A stretch of 64,000 bases of DNA from Hydrolagus colliei (GCA_035084275.1 CM068743.1:18538001-18602000); one strand, 5' to 3'. Counted from the first letter of the stretch, positions 38,448-51,262 are shown. The notes: a model not told the origin generated them from the sequence alone. Numbers and translations are program-made.

Positions 38448-38971
38448 CAGGTAGACCCTGCTTAACAAACGCTCGGTTAACGAAGGTTCACTATAACGCA
38501 GGTTTATATTTGTACCACCTATCCGCTTAGCGAAGGCTGCGTTCGCTATAACGAATGTTTAAATCTTGCTCGCTTCTCATCTTCCCCGGCTGCCCCCGCA
38601 ACACACGCTCAGGCCTTCGCTAATACAGGTTGAGAGTCCTGAATCCGGCAACCTCGGGACTGAGGCCAAGCCGGTTTTCGTGTTTTTCCGGACTTTAGAA
38701 CGTGTTTCTGATATCCAAAGTCCAGATTCCGGAACATTTTACGGATTCCGGACAACCCTACCACCAATCGTCCCAGTGTCCGGATTGCGGAACTCCGGAT
38801 TTTGGACGCTCAACCTGTACACTGAAAATATTAGCGTTAAGAACCGCTCGGAACTAAACTGATTTTTTCCCATACAGAAATACAGTAGCGGGCTACCACT
38901 CGATTAACAACATTTTCGCTTGATGAAGAGTTTTAAAGTTCCTAACCCCTTAGTTAAGTGGGGTCTACATG
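38448..38971. mobile_element. Tigger-like MITE (outer element)
   Basis: TA|CAGGTAGACCCTGCTTAAC ... GTTAAGTGGGGTCTACATG|TA, with repeated TAACG subterminal motifs. Confidence 0.85.
38626..38817. mobile_element. Tigger-like MITE nested in the previous element
   Basis: TA|CAGGTTGAGAGTCCTGAATCCGG ... CCGGATTTTGGACGCTCAACCTG|TA, with many TCCGG motifs. Confidence 0.88.
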
Positions 38972-39438
38972 TACAAGATAATAAAGGGATAGTTACCAAT
39001 TTACAGAAACAGCTGCACTTTGCTGCATTCGACTAGGGTGTTGTGTGTCCATTGAGCCCTTAATCACAGATGATTGGAGCAAAGCAGTTTCTTCCGAAAT
39101 CTAAAACCTGAGCTCTCAATTTGGTAAGAACATTGGATTTTATGATGTCTGTAGCTCAAACAAAATGAATACTGCAATTTGCCGTATTTTAATGGTGTGA
39201 ATTTCTGTCTTAATTATTTGTGCAGACATGACGATTATGATAACTGATGATTCTATCAGTCGCCTTTATCCAGACTTGATGCAATCCCAGCTCCACAGAA
39301 TAAAGTTGACAGTTAAAATAAGACTAGGCTGTGGGGGGTATTCATTTGAAGTGGTTTATGGGGGCCTGCAAAGCATTCAGACGTCATGGATGTTAGTGAG
39401 GCAGAGGAAATTGAACCTGAATTCTTTTCCACTGACAG

Positions 39439-39614
39439 CTGCAGAACCAAGAGATGCTCAAAGGGATGTTGAAGAAAGCGGAATCTGAAATCAATAGCAG
39501 AGTTAGTGAAGCAATGAAGAGAATGGAAGATCCACTGCAGCGACAGCGCATGCTGGTGGAGGAGGAGAGACAGAAATACCTCACTGAAGAGGAGAAAATA
39601 ATACTGCAACTCTG
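39439..39614 (+). CDS. KIAA1217: KIAA1217 exon E (LQNQEMLKGMLKKAESE...EDPLQRQRMLVEEERQKYLTEEEKII), coiled coil
   Basis: ttttccactgacag acceptor and TG|gtatgt donor. Phase 0 to 2, family-conserved peptide. Confidence 0.95.
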
Positions 39615-41051
39615 GTATGTCAACTGATGTCAAAACCCACAGGGACTACGAATATATGATAATGATTGTTATTTTAAAAAAATCAAACTATTGTACCGAT
39701 ATTATTAATGTTACTAGGAACAAGGTTTAATTTTGCTTCAGCGTCTTTCAAGTGCTTTATGGTTTTGCTTTATTTACCCCGCGTCTTTTCAGGTTCCTAG
39801 GTTTCCTTTGTAGTTGCTTGCTTTGAATTTACTCGGTTTCTTTAAAACTTGTGTTTGTGTGAGAGAGAGACAGAGAGAGAGAGAGAGAAGAGAGCAAAAA
39901 TGAAAGGACGCTGAGTTATGGAACTCAAGCTGCCCTTCCTTCTGGCTTGCTGCGCATTCTGTACTGCAAAGCAAAATGTTGGATTTGATTGCTGGTCTGA
40001 GCTTCGTTCAGCCTGAGTAGTGTGTTTGGTGCAAAACGATGTGCCTCAGTGTCCTTTAGCTCAGGAAGGGCAACAAAACATTCAGCTTTCCCATTCCTGT
40101 TGGCTCTCAAAAGCACATGTTGTGTGCCTGTGTGTGGACATTGAGTGAGAATGGAATTGGTGGTGATTATTATGCAACAATGGCTCAATGGTGTGCTGAT
40201 ACTCACTGTACAGACTCACACAAGAAGAGAGCCTATTTGGGAAAAGCATCAGATAGATTCACCATTGGTTCCCACAGTGTTGAGCCCTTCACGAAAGGAA
40301 GCGGGAAAATTGATAACAAGGGGAGGAAATTTGAAAATGGCAAAAATCATTCTGCTTACCCTCAACAAGACCGTGACAATTACAATTTCACGGCAATATC
40401 ATAAGCCTCAACAGAGGCAAATTTAAACTCAAAAAGCCACTTTATTGATGAGATGTTTGAAGATAATCTACAATTTGTAGAGAACTTCTCAATTTATTGA
40501 AAAATGCTTGATTTAATATCAAACATTTCATCATTTGTGCTTCCTTTCCATCTGCAAGGTGGACACAGATTAGTTAAAAAGCTAAATACTGTCAATATTT
40601 AGGAGTTTTAATTACTTAACAAGATTCCACTAAAGGTTGGTTTACACTAAGTTATAGGTCACGTTTTGTTATATAAACAAGAACAATTTCGAGTAATTGA
40701 AACGTATGGCCTGGGACCTGAATTTCAGCCCAGCAATTGCTAAAGCTTTAAGATTTACGTTCAAAATCATACAAATTGCTTGCTTTTAGTCATCATTTGG
40801 AAGCTGTTTTTGAACTGCGGATAATCGGCGTCCAAATTAAGACAGAAATTAAGGCCTTTTGAATGTTTAAGACAAAATGGCTAGGACTCGGTGGAATTTT
40901 AGATCTCAACTCTGTATACTCCAGTCAGTTAGTTATTCCCAAGGCCAATAGAAACTGTATGCAAACTTGCACATACAGAGAAGTGAGAGACACGCTCGCA
41001 AACATATACATACAGAAAAGAGAGAGACGCACTCACACAAAGACACTCACA

Positions 41052-42760
41052 AACAACACAATTACACCCATATTGCACCTTTCACATCAGGAGGACGTCA
41101 CAAGGTTCTGGACAGTCATTGTTTCAGACTCGAGCTGGGGTCATGGATACGCAGGGTGGAGGGAAAGGGGGGATTTGGGGTGACTGATGGAATCATCGAA
41201 GAGGAGGGTCTTGAGGCGGGACTTGAAAGAGGCCAGGGAGGGGGCGAGGCGGAGGGACTGCGGGACGGAGTTCCAGAGGTTGGGGGCAGAATGGCTGAAG
41301 GCCAGTCTGCTAATGGTGGGACAGGTGAGTCAGGGGACGTGGAGCAGGTGGAAACCTGCTGAGCGAAGGGGATGGGTAGGCAGGTTGGTAGGGGGTTAGG
41401 AGGTCACAGATGTAGGGTGGGTTGAGGCAGTGGAAGGCTTTGAATGCGAGGATCGGGATCTTGAATTAGATCCTCTGGATGATGGGGAGCCAATGGAGTT
41501 GGGCGAGGATGGGGGGAGATGAAGTCACAAAGCTTGGAGAGGTAGAGGACATGGGCTGCAGAGTTCTGGATTATCTGAAACTTGTGGAAGGAGGAATTGG
41601 GAAGGCCGACAAACAGGGCATTTGCGTAGTCAACATGGATGTGATCAAGGTAGGAATGAGGGTTTCAGCGGCCTTGGGGGTAATGTACTGTGAGGTACTG
41701 GCGGGCTTGGGCAATATTGCGAAGGTGAGGGAAGACAGAGCGATTCATTGCTTGGATGTGGGGGAGCAAAGACAGTTGAGGATCGAACAAGACACCTAAG
41801 TTCCTGACCGACTTGCTGAGGTTGAGGTTGATGCTGCTAGCTCCTCATGTTGCTAGCTCCTGATGCTGGCGCAAGCAACTTTAATATTCAACTGTAGAAG
41901 GTTAGCTCTCATCCACTGTAGAAGGTTAGCTCTCATCCAGGACTTGACATATGACAGGCAATCTGACAGGACGGTGGTAGTCCTGGAGTTGAGGGTAGAG
42001 GCAGAAATATAGAGTTGGGTGTCATCTGTATACATATGGAAGTTAACCCCATGTCTGCGAATTATGTCACCAATTGGGAGCATGTAGATATTAAAAAGTA
42101 GGAGCCAAGGACAGAGCCCTGGGGGACACCACAGGTAACAGTGCAGGGGCTGGAAGGGAAGCTATTGATGGCAACAAAGTGGAGATGATAAGAAAGATAG
42201 GAGTCAAACCAGGTGAGGGCAGTTCCATGGAGGTTGAGCTGGGAGAAGAGGCTGTGTAGGAGGATGGAGTGGTCGACCGTGTCAAAGGCAGAAGAGAGGT
42301 CGAGGAGGACAAGGAGGCAGAGAGAGCACTGATCGCAGATGTTAAGAATGTCATTAGAGACTTTGGCCAGGGCTGTCTCCGTACAATGGGAAGCACGGAA
42401 GCCACATTGCAGGGGTTCGAGGAGAGAATGGCGAGAGAGAAAGGAGTGAAGCTGGGAAGCAACGACTCGTTTCAGGACCTTAGAGAAGAATGGGAAGTTG
42501 GAGATGGGGCGGTAGCTGGAGAGTAGGGAATGGGTCTAGTGGAGGTTTTTTCAAGATGTGGGCGATGACAGCAGTTTTTAGAGGGATGGGAACAGTGTCG
42601 GTGGATAGGGAGAGGTTGGTGATGTCAGTTAGGAAGGGGGCTAGGAGATGGAGCTGGGAGATGAGGAGAGAGGTGGGAATGGGGTCAAGGGAGCAGGTGG
42701 TGGGTTTCATTTTTGCGGATGAGTGCAGAGCAGGAAGGGGGAGAGATAGGGTCAAAGATG
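41052..42760 (-). mobile_element. L2 LINE, 5'-truncated, decayed reverse transcriptase
   Basis: Minus-strand peptides [47 protein letters not shown], with frameshifts. L2 tail with TTG-type repeats at ~41052. Confidence 0.94.
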
Positions 42761-43139
42761 TGTAGTGTCAATTGGAGATGGATCTGGTGTGTCCGCCCAC
42801 ACTCGCGTCGTCAATTAGACAATCGGTAGCAGCACAGGAGGCTGAAGGTGCTGAGTAAATTTTTCTTGTGTGTTTTTAGTGGAGGGGAATCTTTGTAGCA
42901 AAGGATACTGTTTATAGCGAATTCCGTGGAAAAATTGTGCCCACACTTTTCTATTGGCCCAGGTTATTACCATGTATTCACTAAGTATTTCATATCTGAT
43001 AATAAATCTGATAAGGACTTTTACGATACAATATATTATAAATTTTTTAGTGCATTCCACATCAGGAGGATATCTCAAAGGGCTGGACACTGACTGCTAG
43101 CTGGGCAACCAAGCTGGCATAGGAGCCAAAGGTGGTAGG

Positions 43140-45161
43140 TAGGGAACGGCGATATGGGAATTTTCCGTATATGGATATATCGGTTGGCTCATATCAAGAT
43201 ATACCGAAATACCAATATTTTCCGTTTTTTTGTACTGCGCATTCCCGGTGCACGCGCATTCGGTGCCTATCTTCTCAAGAGGTAAATATCTTTCTCTCTC
43301 TGTGTCTCTCACTCTCTCCATCTCTGTATTTTTCTGTCTGTGTCTCTCTATGTCTCTCTCCCTCTCTCCTCTCTCACATCCCCCCCCATCTCTATCTGTA
43401 TATTATCACATCCACCCCGTCTCTCCCCCCCCCCCCCCCCCCACTCTCTCGCACCCCCCACCCCAGCCGTCTCTCTCCCCCTCCCCCAAGCCGTCTCTCT
43501 CCCCCTCTCCTCCCCCCCCCCTTAGCCATCTCTCTCCCCCTCTCCTACCCCCCCCCCCAGCCGTCTCTCTCCCCCTCTCCCCCCCAGCCATCTCTCTCCC
43601 CCTCTCCCCCCCCCAGCCATCTCTCTCCCCCTCTCCCCCCCAGCCATCTCTCTCCCCCTCTCCCCCACAGCCGTCTCTCTCCCCTCTCCCCCCCCAGCCA
43701 GCCATTTCTCTCCCCCTCTCCCCCCTCTCCCCCAGCCGTCTCTCTCCCCCTCTCCTACCCCCCCCCAGCCGTCTCTCTCCCCCTCTCCTACCCCCCCCCC
43801 AGCCGTCTCTCTCCCCCTCTCCCCCCCAGCCATCTCTCCCCCTCTCCCCCCCAGCCATCTCTCCCCCTCTCCCCCCCAGCCATCTCTCTCCCCCTCTCCC
43901 CCCCAGCCATCTCTCTCCCCCTCTCCCCCACAGCCGTCTCTCTCCCCCTATCCCCCCCCCCAGCCGTCTCTCTCCCCTCTCCGCCCCCCCCCAGCCGTCT
44001 CTCTCCCCTCTCCGCCCCCCCCCCAGCCGTCTCTCTCCCCCTCTTCCCCCCCCCCCCCACCAGCCGTCTCTCTCCCCCTCTCCCCCCCACCCCAGCCGTC
44101 TATCTCCCCCCCCCCCCCCAGCCGTCTCTCTCCCCCTCTTCCCCCCCCCCCCAGCCGTCTCTCTCCCCCTCTCCTCCCCCCCCCCAGTCGTTTCTCTCCC
44201 CCTCTCCCCCCCTTAGCCGTCTCTCTCCCCCTCTCCCCCACAGCCGTCTCTCTCCCCTCTCCCCCCCCAGCCAGCCATTTCTCTCCCCCTCTCCCCCCTC
44301 CCCCAGCCGTCTCTCTCCCCCTCTCCTACCCCCCCCCCCAGCCGTCTCTCTCCCCCTCTCCCCCCCAGCCATCTCTCCCCCTCTCCCCCCCAGCCATCTC
44401 TCCCCCTCTCCCCCCCAGCCATCTCTCTCCCCCTTTCCCCACAGCCGTCTCTCTCCCCCTATCCCCCCCCCAGCCGTCTCTCTCCCCTCTCCGCCCCCCC
44501 CAGCCGTCTCTCTCCCCCTCTTCCCCCCCCCCACCCCAGCCGTCTCTCTCCCCCTCTCCCCCCCCCCCAGCCGTCTATCTCCCCCCCCCCCAAGCCGTCT
44601 CTCTCCCCCTCTTCCCACCCCCCCAGCCGTCTCTCTCCCCCTCTCCTCCCCCCCCCAGCCGTCTCTCTCCCTCCCCCCCAGCCATCTCTCTCCCCCTCTC
44701 CTCCTCCCCCCAGCTGTCTCTCTCCCCCTCTCCTCCCCCTCCCAGCCGTTTCTCTCCCCCTCTCCCCCCCTTAGCCGTCTCTCTCCCCCTCTCCCCCCCC
44801 AGCCGTCTCTCTCCCCCTCAACCCCCCCCAGCCGTCTCTCTCCCCCTCACCCCCCCCCCCCAGCAGTCTCTCTCCCTGTCACCCCCCCCACCCACAGCCG
44901 TCTCTCTTCCCCCACCCCTTGCATACCTGTATTATGTATTCGAGGACTATGAATACAAGATGGCGGCTTTGCACCTCGGTCTGTGCATTGTGTATAGAGA
45001 TGAGCATTCTGGGTCTTGTAGTTGATTGTGCTCGCATCCCGATTTTTCACCTCGATATACCGTTTTTCGATATATCGGTATTTTTAAAATGTCTATATCG
45101 GCATACCGATATGAAAATCATATCGGGTTTTACCGATATACCGATATATCGCCGTTCCCTA
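43140..45161. mobile_element. non-autonomous hAT element, family Y, minisatellite-expanded copy
   Basis: Perfect 16-bp TIR TAGGGAACGGCGATAT, 8-bp TSD GTGGTAGG/GTGGTAAG, arms homologous to 35455-36155. Confidence 0.92.
43410..44915. repeat. C-rich minisatellite, unit ~CAGCC(G/A)TCTCTCTCCCCCTCTCCCCCC of variable length (~25-35 nt)
   Basis: Tandem array read directly. It produces the spurious Pro-rich and Gly/Arg/Glu-rich ORFs. Confidence 0.97.
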
Positions 45162-46607
45162 GTGGTAAGGGAGTGTAAAAATGACTGAAAGCGCAGATGT
45201 AAAGGTACATTTTGAGATGGGTTTCGAATGAGAGAAGGGAGCAAGTTAGTGGGAGTTCCAGTGAGTGGCGGCAGAATAGCTCAAAGTTGGGAGGGATAGG
45301 GTGCGGGACAGGAAGCAAGCCGGTGTTGGCTGAACTAAGAGAGCAGCTGGGGCAGCTGAATTTGTGGCAGGTCAGGAGGGTAAAAGCCCATTTCCTGGCT
45401 GTGTTGGAGGGGTTGGCCTGCAACCAGGAATGCTAATGGCAGCCCAGCATTCAGATTGACCAGGAAAAGCACTTTAATGGTATCGTCTTGTTACCTACCT
45501 CCAGTGCTAAAATTGGTTGTTAACCACAAATGAACCCAATCCGCTATCTGCCTGCAAATGTGCATCAATGCAGGAAATTGCTTGGGATCACACTGTGGAA
45601 AACAGCAGATTGTACCAGGGGATCGCACTGCTTGAACTCTGAGCTACATGGCTGAGTCTAGTATCTAACTAAGGTGTTACTAATAGGGATACAGTTTATG
45701 GCCACAGGTAGTATTAGCTACAGCAGTCATACGTTTGTCTCTCTCACTTTATATTATCCATTTACTCCACTCTGCCAATTCAACTCATTAATAATCTATA
45801 AAATATAATATTTAATCTCCTACGCAATGTGCCAGTTACAAACATCACCAGGCGTATGCCACTGACTACGTTGACGTAACAGTGCTCCTTCCCCCATTGT
45901 TCCCGATTTCTCGATGGTCAGGTCCATTTCCATAAGCAGTCAGTGGAAGTTGCCCTTCATTTGTGAGTCTAAGCTGTGGTTGTCAGCATACTATTCAACT
46001 GTGGACATTACAGTCAAGCCCCATTCTGTCCTCACTCAATTTCCACACACGAGCATTTTGCAGCAAGGGTCACTGGCTAGCAATTGGGAGCTTGGATCCA
46101 GTTGATTATTCCATGAATTACGACTCATTGTAAAGCATCTAACAAAGCCCAACAAAACCATTGCCTGGTCAACATTTTGACACACTTTGTTCAGCAATTT
46201 TGTTTGCGCATGTTTTATTGAAAACATTCAAGCTTTACTGCTTGCAAATACACATAAATAGCCTCTGGCTAGCAGCCAGCAGCTGTAGAATCTGAGGGAA
46301 TTGCTCTGGTCATTGAGTGTGACTGTTGTTTGTACAGAATACGATTTAGGTAAATTGTTGTTTAACAAGTTAATAGTTTACAGTATTATTTCCTGTCATT
46401 TATTTGCACTTGTAATTACTTTATTTTTTTTACTATGATTGCACTGGGGAGTTGAGTACTTCCATTGTAAGTACCATTGTCAGCATCAAACACAAACCCT
46501 GAAGAGTGAAGCTTCCTCAACGCTTCCCCAACAAAATTCCTAATTGCCAACCGCAGAGGAACCATTCTTACTGTACTATTTCCCGTGCTAGCGGTGATAC
46601 TAATACT

Positions 46608-47160
46608 TAACAATAACAATCTTTGCATTTGAAGTAGCGTCTTATCAATTTTGTTTAGATACTTCAAAACGTTTCACAGGATTTTACTGAGAAGTGTATT
46701 GACTGTGTATTTGTAACTGACCAGGCAGCAAAATAGTACACAAAAATATAGTCAATTCACTTTACAGTATATTCTGTGAAGTACTTTGAGATGACTTGAA
46801 GACATGATAAGGCACTGTATCAAATGTGAGCAATGTTATTATTAAAAATGTCCACAACTAGCCATGAAGTGAGGGATCAATTGTATCCGATGGCTTGTTG
46901 GCCATCACACTGTGAGAAACTTCCTTCTCTTTTTGAGTGATGTCATGGGATCTTTTGTGTCCATCTGAATTGGCAATAGGATCTTGTTATTTACCTTTCA
47001 TCCGAAGGACGGCACCTTCAACACTGCAAACACTGCAGCACACCTCCTATCACTACATTGGAGTATCAATGCAGAACTATATGTTTGACATGTTGACGTA
47101 GGGCTTGAACCCACAATTTTCTGACTCGGAGGTAAGAGGACTGCCAATTCAGCCAGGCCC
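46608..47160 (-). mobile_element. ancient Deu-domain SINE, near full length, interrupted by a + strand SINE tail (~46740-46823)
   Basis: Minus strand shows a tRNA-like head and the Deu core GGTGCCGTCCTTCGGATGA...AAAAGATCCCATGAC. Confidence 0.75.
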
Positions 47161-48551
47161 ACTTAAATTATGATATTGTACAGTGTATCTATCTGATAAG
47201 CAGTATAACATGTAGAGGAAGGCTTATGTGGAATCACATAGAATGATATGGTACAGAAATAGATCATTCAACCCAATTCGGTGTCAGTCTTTATAGTCCA
47301 CGTGAACCTCCACCTCCAAATACTCCTCTGTTCTCTTCTCCACCCAAACTCTGCTGCCTGCATCCTCATCCAATGCAAACTCCCAAGATGTTTTTCTCCA
47401 TGAAGGGCACTATATACAGTCAATGCAAATTGTCTTTCTTGTGTACATCATGTTTCCTCTTAAATATATTGAATGTTTTTTGCTTCAACCAAACTTATTT
47501 GACATATCAAACAACTGAGTCACGGTGATGAGGTGGGTGACGAGCTTAGGATGAAACATGTTTCCACCCAGGCTTAGCTACACATGTAAATAACAACAAC
47601 TTTCATTTATATTGCTCCCATCACGTGGGTAGCGTCCCAGAGCTCTTGACAGTGGCAGAGTATGATAACAAATAATTCATGTATCTGTAGCTATAAACCC
47701 TTATTAGTGCTTGTTCCAACAATTTTAAATATGATCAAATGCTTCATTGGAGTGACTTCCAAAACTGTGAGATCTGCTTCAATAATTTTAACGGTGGTCT
47801 ATTAATAAATATGACCCAATCTTCTTTATTGGTCTTAATACTTGACACTTGATATGTTACCTCAGTAATTGTGGACTAATGCAGCCAGAGCTCATTGACG
47901 TATTGTGTATTTTAATCTAAATCTGCCTGATTGATTTATTGACAACGCTTTCCCAGCACACTGTACTGACTGTAAATATAGCTACACATTTTAGCTACTA
48001 CTGAATATTCCAGATATAGAACTGCTGGAAACATAATGATGTGTTACTAGAGGCCCAATGTGTTAGTGGCTATATGCATATTGTCTGTACGTATGTTACC
48101 AGACTCTACAGTTCGTGGCTTGAAATTTCTGAGGCCTTGGTAATTTAAAGCAACGACATCAATGTAAGAGTACAGTATGCATCGCATCACCTATATAAAC
48201 TGCAAGGCAACAATATCAGTATTTCAACCTAGTTGAAAAAATGGGGCAGATTGCTCTTTGTGCTCTTTTTACAAGCAGATAGTGGAGGTCCCAAAAAGCA
48301 ACAGGAATTGCAAAGGATTCCTGAATATTGAAACCTGTTGGTAACTGAATGAGCATCACACCGACCTGAGGAAACTCTGCTTTGAAGTGTCCAGAAGGAG
48401 ATCAGGAGTCACATGTCCCTGTGCAGCTCCCATCGTGTTATTGCTAGGTTTCAGTGAACACAACCGCTTTGTGAACGCTGCATTTTAGACTATCAGTGGT
48501 CATTCACTTCATGGCAGTTTGTGGGGCATTGGGTGTTGCGTTTGCCTACAT

Positions 48552-49257
48552 CAGGGGTTCTCAAACTTTTTAGAGTGTAATATCTCATGGAGAGCCTCCC
48601 TGGACTAAGACTGAAAACAATTGCACCTCCCCATCAACAAGGCAAAGAACTGAAAATACTGGATTTTGCAATACTAGTTAATCGAGTAAAATGGCTTTGA
48701 TCAATATAACCCTAACCCTAGCCCTTAGGATCAATATAGTTATAATAATAGTAGCAGTGTCAAAATGACTCATTTTATTATGCAAAGCACCTTTCATGTT
48801 ATCTCGTGCAAATCACGACAGCTAAAATAAAACCGTACAAATATTTTAGAAAATCACAACATTAAACTATTATAGATTATGTCAGTGTAGTATCCATCAG
48901 TCCCACTTTACCAGTAGGAGTGAACATGTTCCCTCTTTGTACCTCAAAGACAATCAGTTTAATTGTCCCACCCTCCCCTCCGTCCTTTCACTTGGATTGA
49001 TGGCTTGATTCAGACTAGGGCCTGCTATTGGTCCGCACTCCAGTCAGTCAGTGTGGATGCCCCCCACACCAATGCCATGGTGAGAAGCATTGTCACGGGA
49101 AACTTTGCTGCAGAGTTCGGTTGTTGGCGAGCATCTTTGGTGGGACATGGGGCCTGACTCACAACTCCTAGGACTGTTGGCACGTAGGCCACTCGCACCT
49201 CCCCTGACACAACTGCTCCTCCCCGGGGAGATACAACCCATAGTTTGAGAACCTCTG
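48552..49257. mobile_element. hAT (Charlie-like) non-autonomous element
   Basis: TIRs CAGGGGTTCTCAAACT / AGTTTGAGAACCTCTG, 8-bp TSD GCCTACAT/GCCTACGT. Confidence 0.9.
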
Positions 49258-49330
49258 GCCTACGTTAAATACCGTTACTACATTTCAGGGTAAATCCTCT
49301 GAAGCCGTTCGGAGACATTTCGACAAATAA

Positions 49331-49709
49331 AAATAATAATCCTTGCATTTGATATACTGCTTTTCACGGCTTCCAGATGTCACAAAGCACTTCACAGAAT
49401 ATACTGTGAAGTGAATTGACTAAATATGTGGGCGAAACGCTGAAGCAAATTGCGCACAGCAGTGTCCCACTGCCGTGGATTGAATTGACCAATTTATTAT
49501 TTCTTTTGAGGGATTATTATCAGGTGTGGGGAGTAAGGAAATTTGCCTGAGGTTTCATTATACCGGGAATTAAACTAGGTCTCTCGCTTGCAACAACAAC
49601 AACAACATTACACCTGTGTAGTGCCTTTCACTTCAGTAGGACGTCCAAAGGCGCTGGACCATTATTGTTTCATAGGCAAGTGCTCTAACCGCTGAGCTAC
49701 AGGATGCCA
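49331..49709 (-). mobile_element. tRNA-derived SINE with an L2 tail inserted in its head (~49590-49675)
   Basis: Reverse complement of the family, with a (CAA)n L2 3' end interrupting the anticodon region. Confidence 0.87.
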
Positions 49710-51262
49710 CATACATGGTAATAAGATGCTGTATCAGATGCAAGGATTATTTTATTATTACTGTACCTATTTTACAGAACATCTTTGACTCACAAATGTA
49801 TCACCTGCAGTGCCAATGAATGATTACAATTGGGAGAATTCAGTTCAATTTTCCTGATTTGTCAAAAAAAAGCAGACGTTCTTTATTGACCAGTTTTGAC
49901 CATTAACTTACTGACTTGGGTTTCAGAATTTTCATATTTGTATTCCCTAATCTTCTGCGTTCACATAACATCATCCCATGCACTGGCTGTTAAAATATTG
50001 GTGGCAAAGGTCTTGATGATGCAACCAGCTATAAGCCTCTCTTTGTGACTATGTATGGGCACCTTAAAGCAAATGGTATTGTATTGTATTATACTGAATT
50101 GTGATATGAGTATTGCTTTTGGTCATTGAAGGAGTATGAAATTATGTAAAGAAAAATATTCTGTCAATTCATTCCTTCATATTCCTACTGGAAGCATCAT
50201 GCTCACTGTTGGATGAATTTTTTGTTCCTTTCAGGATGTGAAATGTATTGTTTTAAGTAGTCACTGCTGCGTAAAATGCTGCTCGTCAAAAAGAGCACAG
50301 AATGCCTTCGGTAATGAAATGGAAGTGGAAAAGAAATGTGAATTCAAAGCAACTAGAGACAAAGTACACTTGCACAAAAATTCCTCTGAATATTTCAAAA
50401 CCAACGTAGTCATATGCTCAATGAGACAAATTGCAATCCTGCTGGAAGCTGTTCACTGCTGAGGAGAACTTTAATTACGCTCAAGACTGACATGAAAGCC
50501 AAAGGCAGATTTATTTAAGGAACAAACATGTCACAAACCTGTGTGTGTGTGTGGGTGTGTGTTATGTGGTGGAGGGGAGGCAGTTTGAAGAGAAATCATT
50601 GATTGGTGTTTAATTGTAACTAAATATCCACAGTGTGGTTCTTTATTAAAATTGACTGGAAGTGAATGGAGCGCACAGAGGGGGAACCAACTTCACAGCA
50701 GAAGCTGCTTTTATGACAGCCAGTATAGAGTAAGAACGAACATGAATGATAGGAAACTAATGCAATACCGACCTTGAGAAGACTGCTGAGCTACTAAACA
50801 ATGTGAATAGAGTTCACTTGTATTAGTCCTTAAACTCTCGTAAGACCACAGCTCAATAAATAAATCATAAAATAAGACTGGCCATTGTGGGATGTATAGT
50901 TTCTTGGGAGTTGAAAACCTCCTGTGGGCCTTGCCAGAAATGATGTGAAGAGTTACTATATCAATCTAATTGGAGTGTTGCAGGTTGTCAGACTGACTAA
51001 ACCTGACTTGGAAACAACAACTCTTGTCTCTCCCAATGCTTTGTCCTTCAACATGTTCACAGTAAATTTGGATAGACGTTGAGAGTTCAGATTTGTTGTA
51101 CTTTGAGTGAGTACTGCCCTCTTGTGTTAGTTGTAGGCAAAATAAGCCAAATAAAATGATAACTATTCAATTGCAAATAACTGTTTATATGTAGCAAAAT
51201 GAAGGTGTGGGAATGTTTTTTTTGTCCCAGTCAAAGATTTAGATGTATTATAGAGTCAGAAC

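Noticed and set aside
41052-42760. Reverse transcriptase as an active element or novel RT system
   Set aside because: 5'-truncated, frameshifted L2 relic with no endonuclease or ORF1.
43410-44915. Regularly spaced repeats resembling a CRISPR array
   Set aside because: No unique spacers, only variable C-runs. Vertebrate intron with no cas genes.
43132-44952. 606-aa Pro/Ser/Leu-rich ORF (extensin-like) and overlapping ORFs on both strands
   Set aside because: Translation of a stop-poor minisatellite inside a hAT MITE. Several frames are open and there is no splice or domain evidence.
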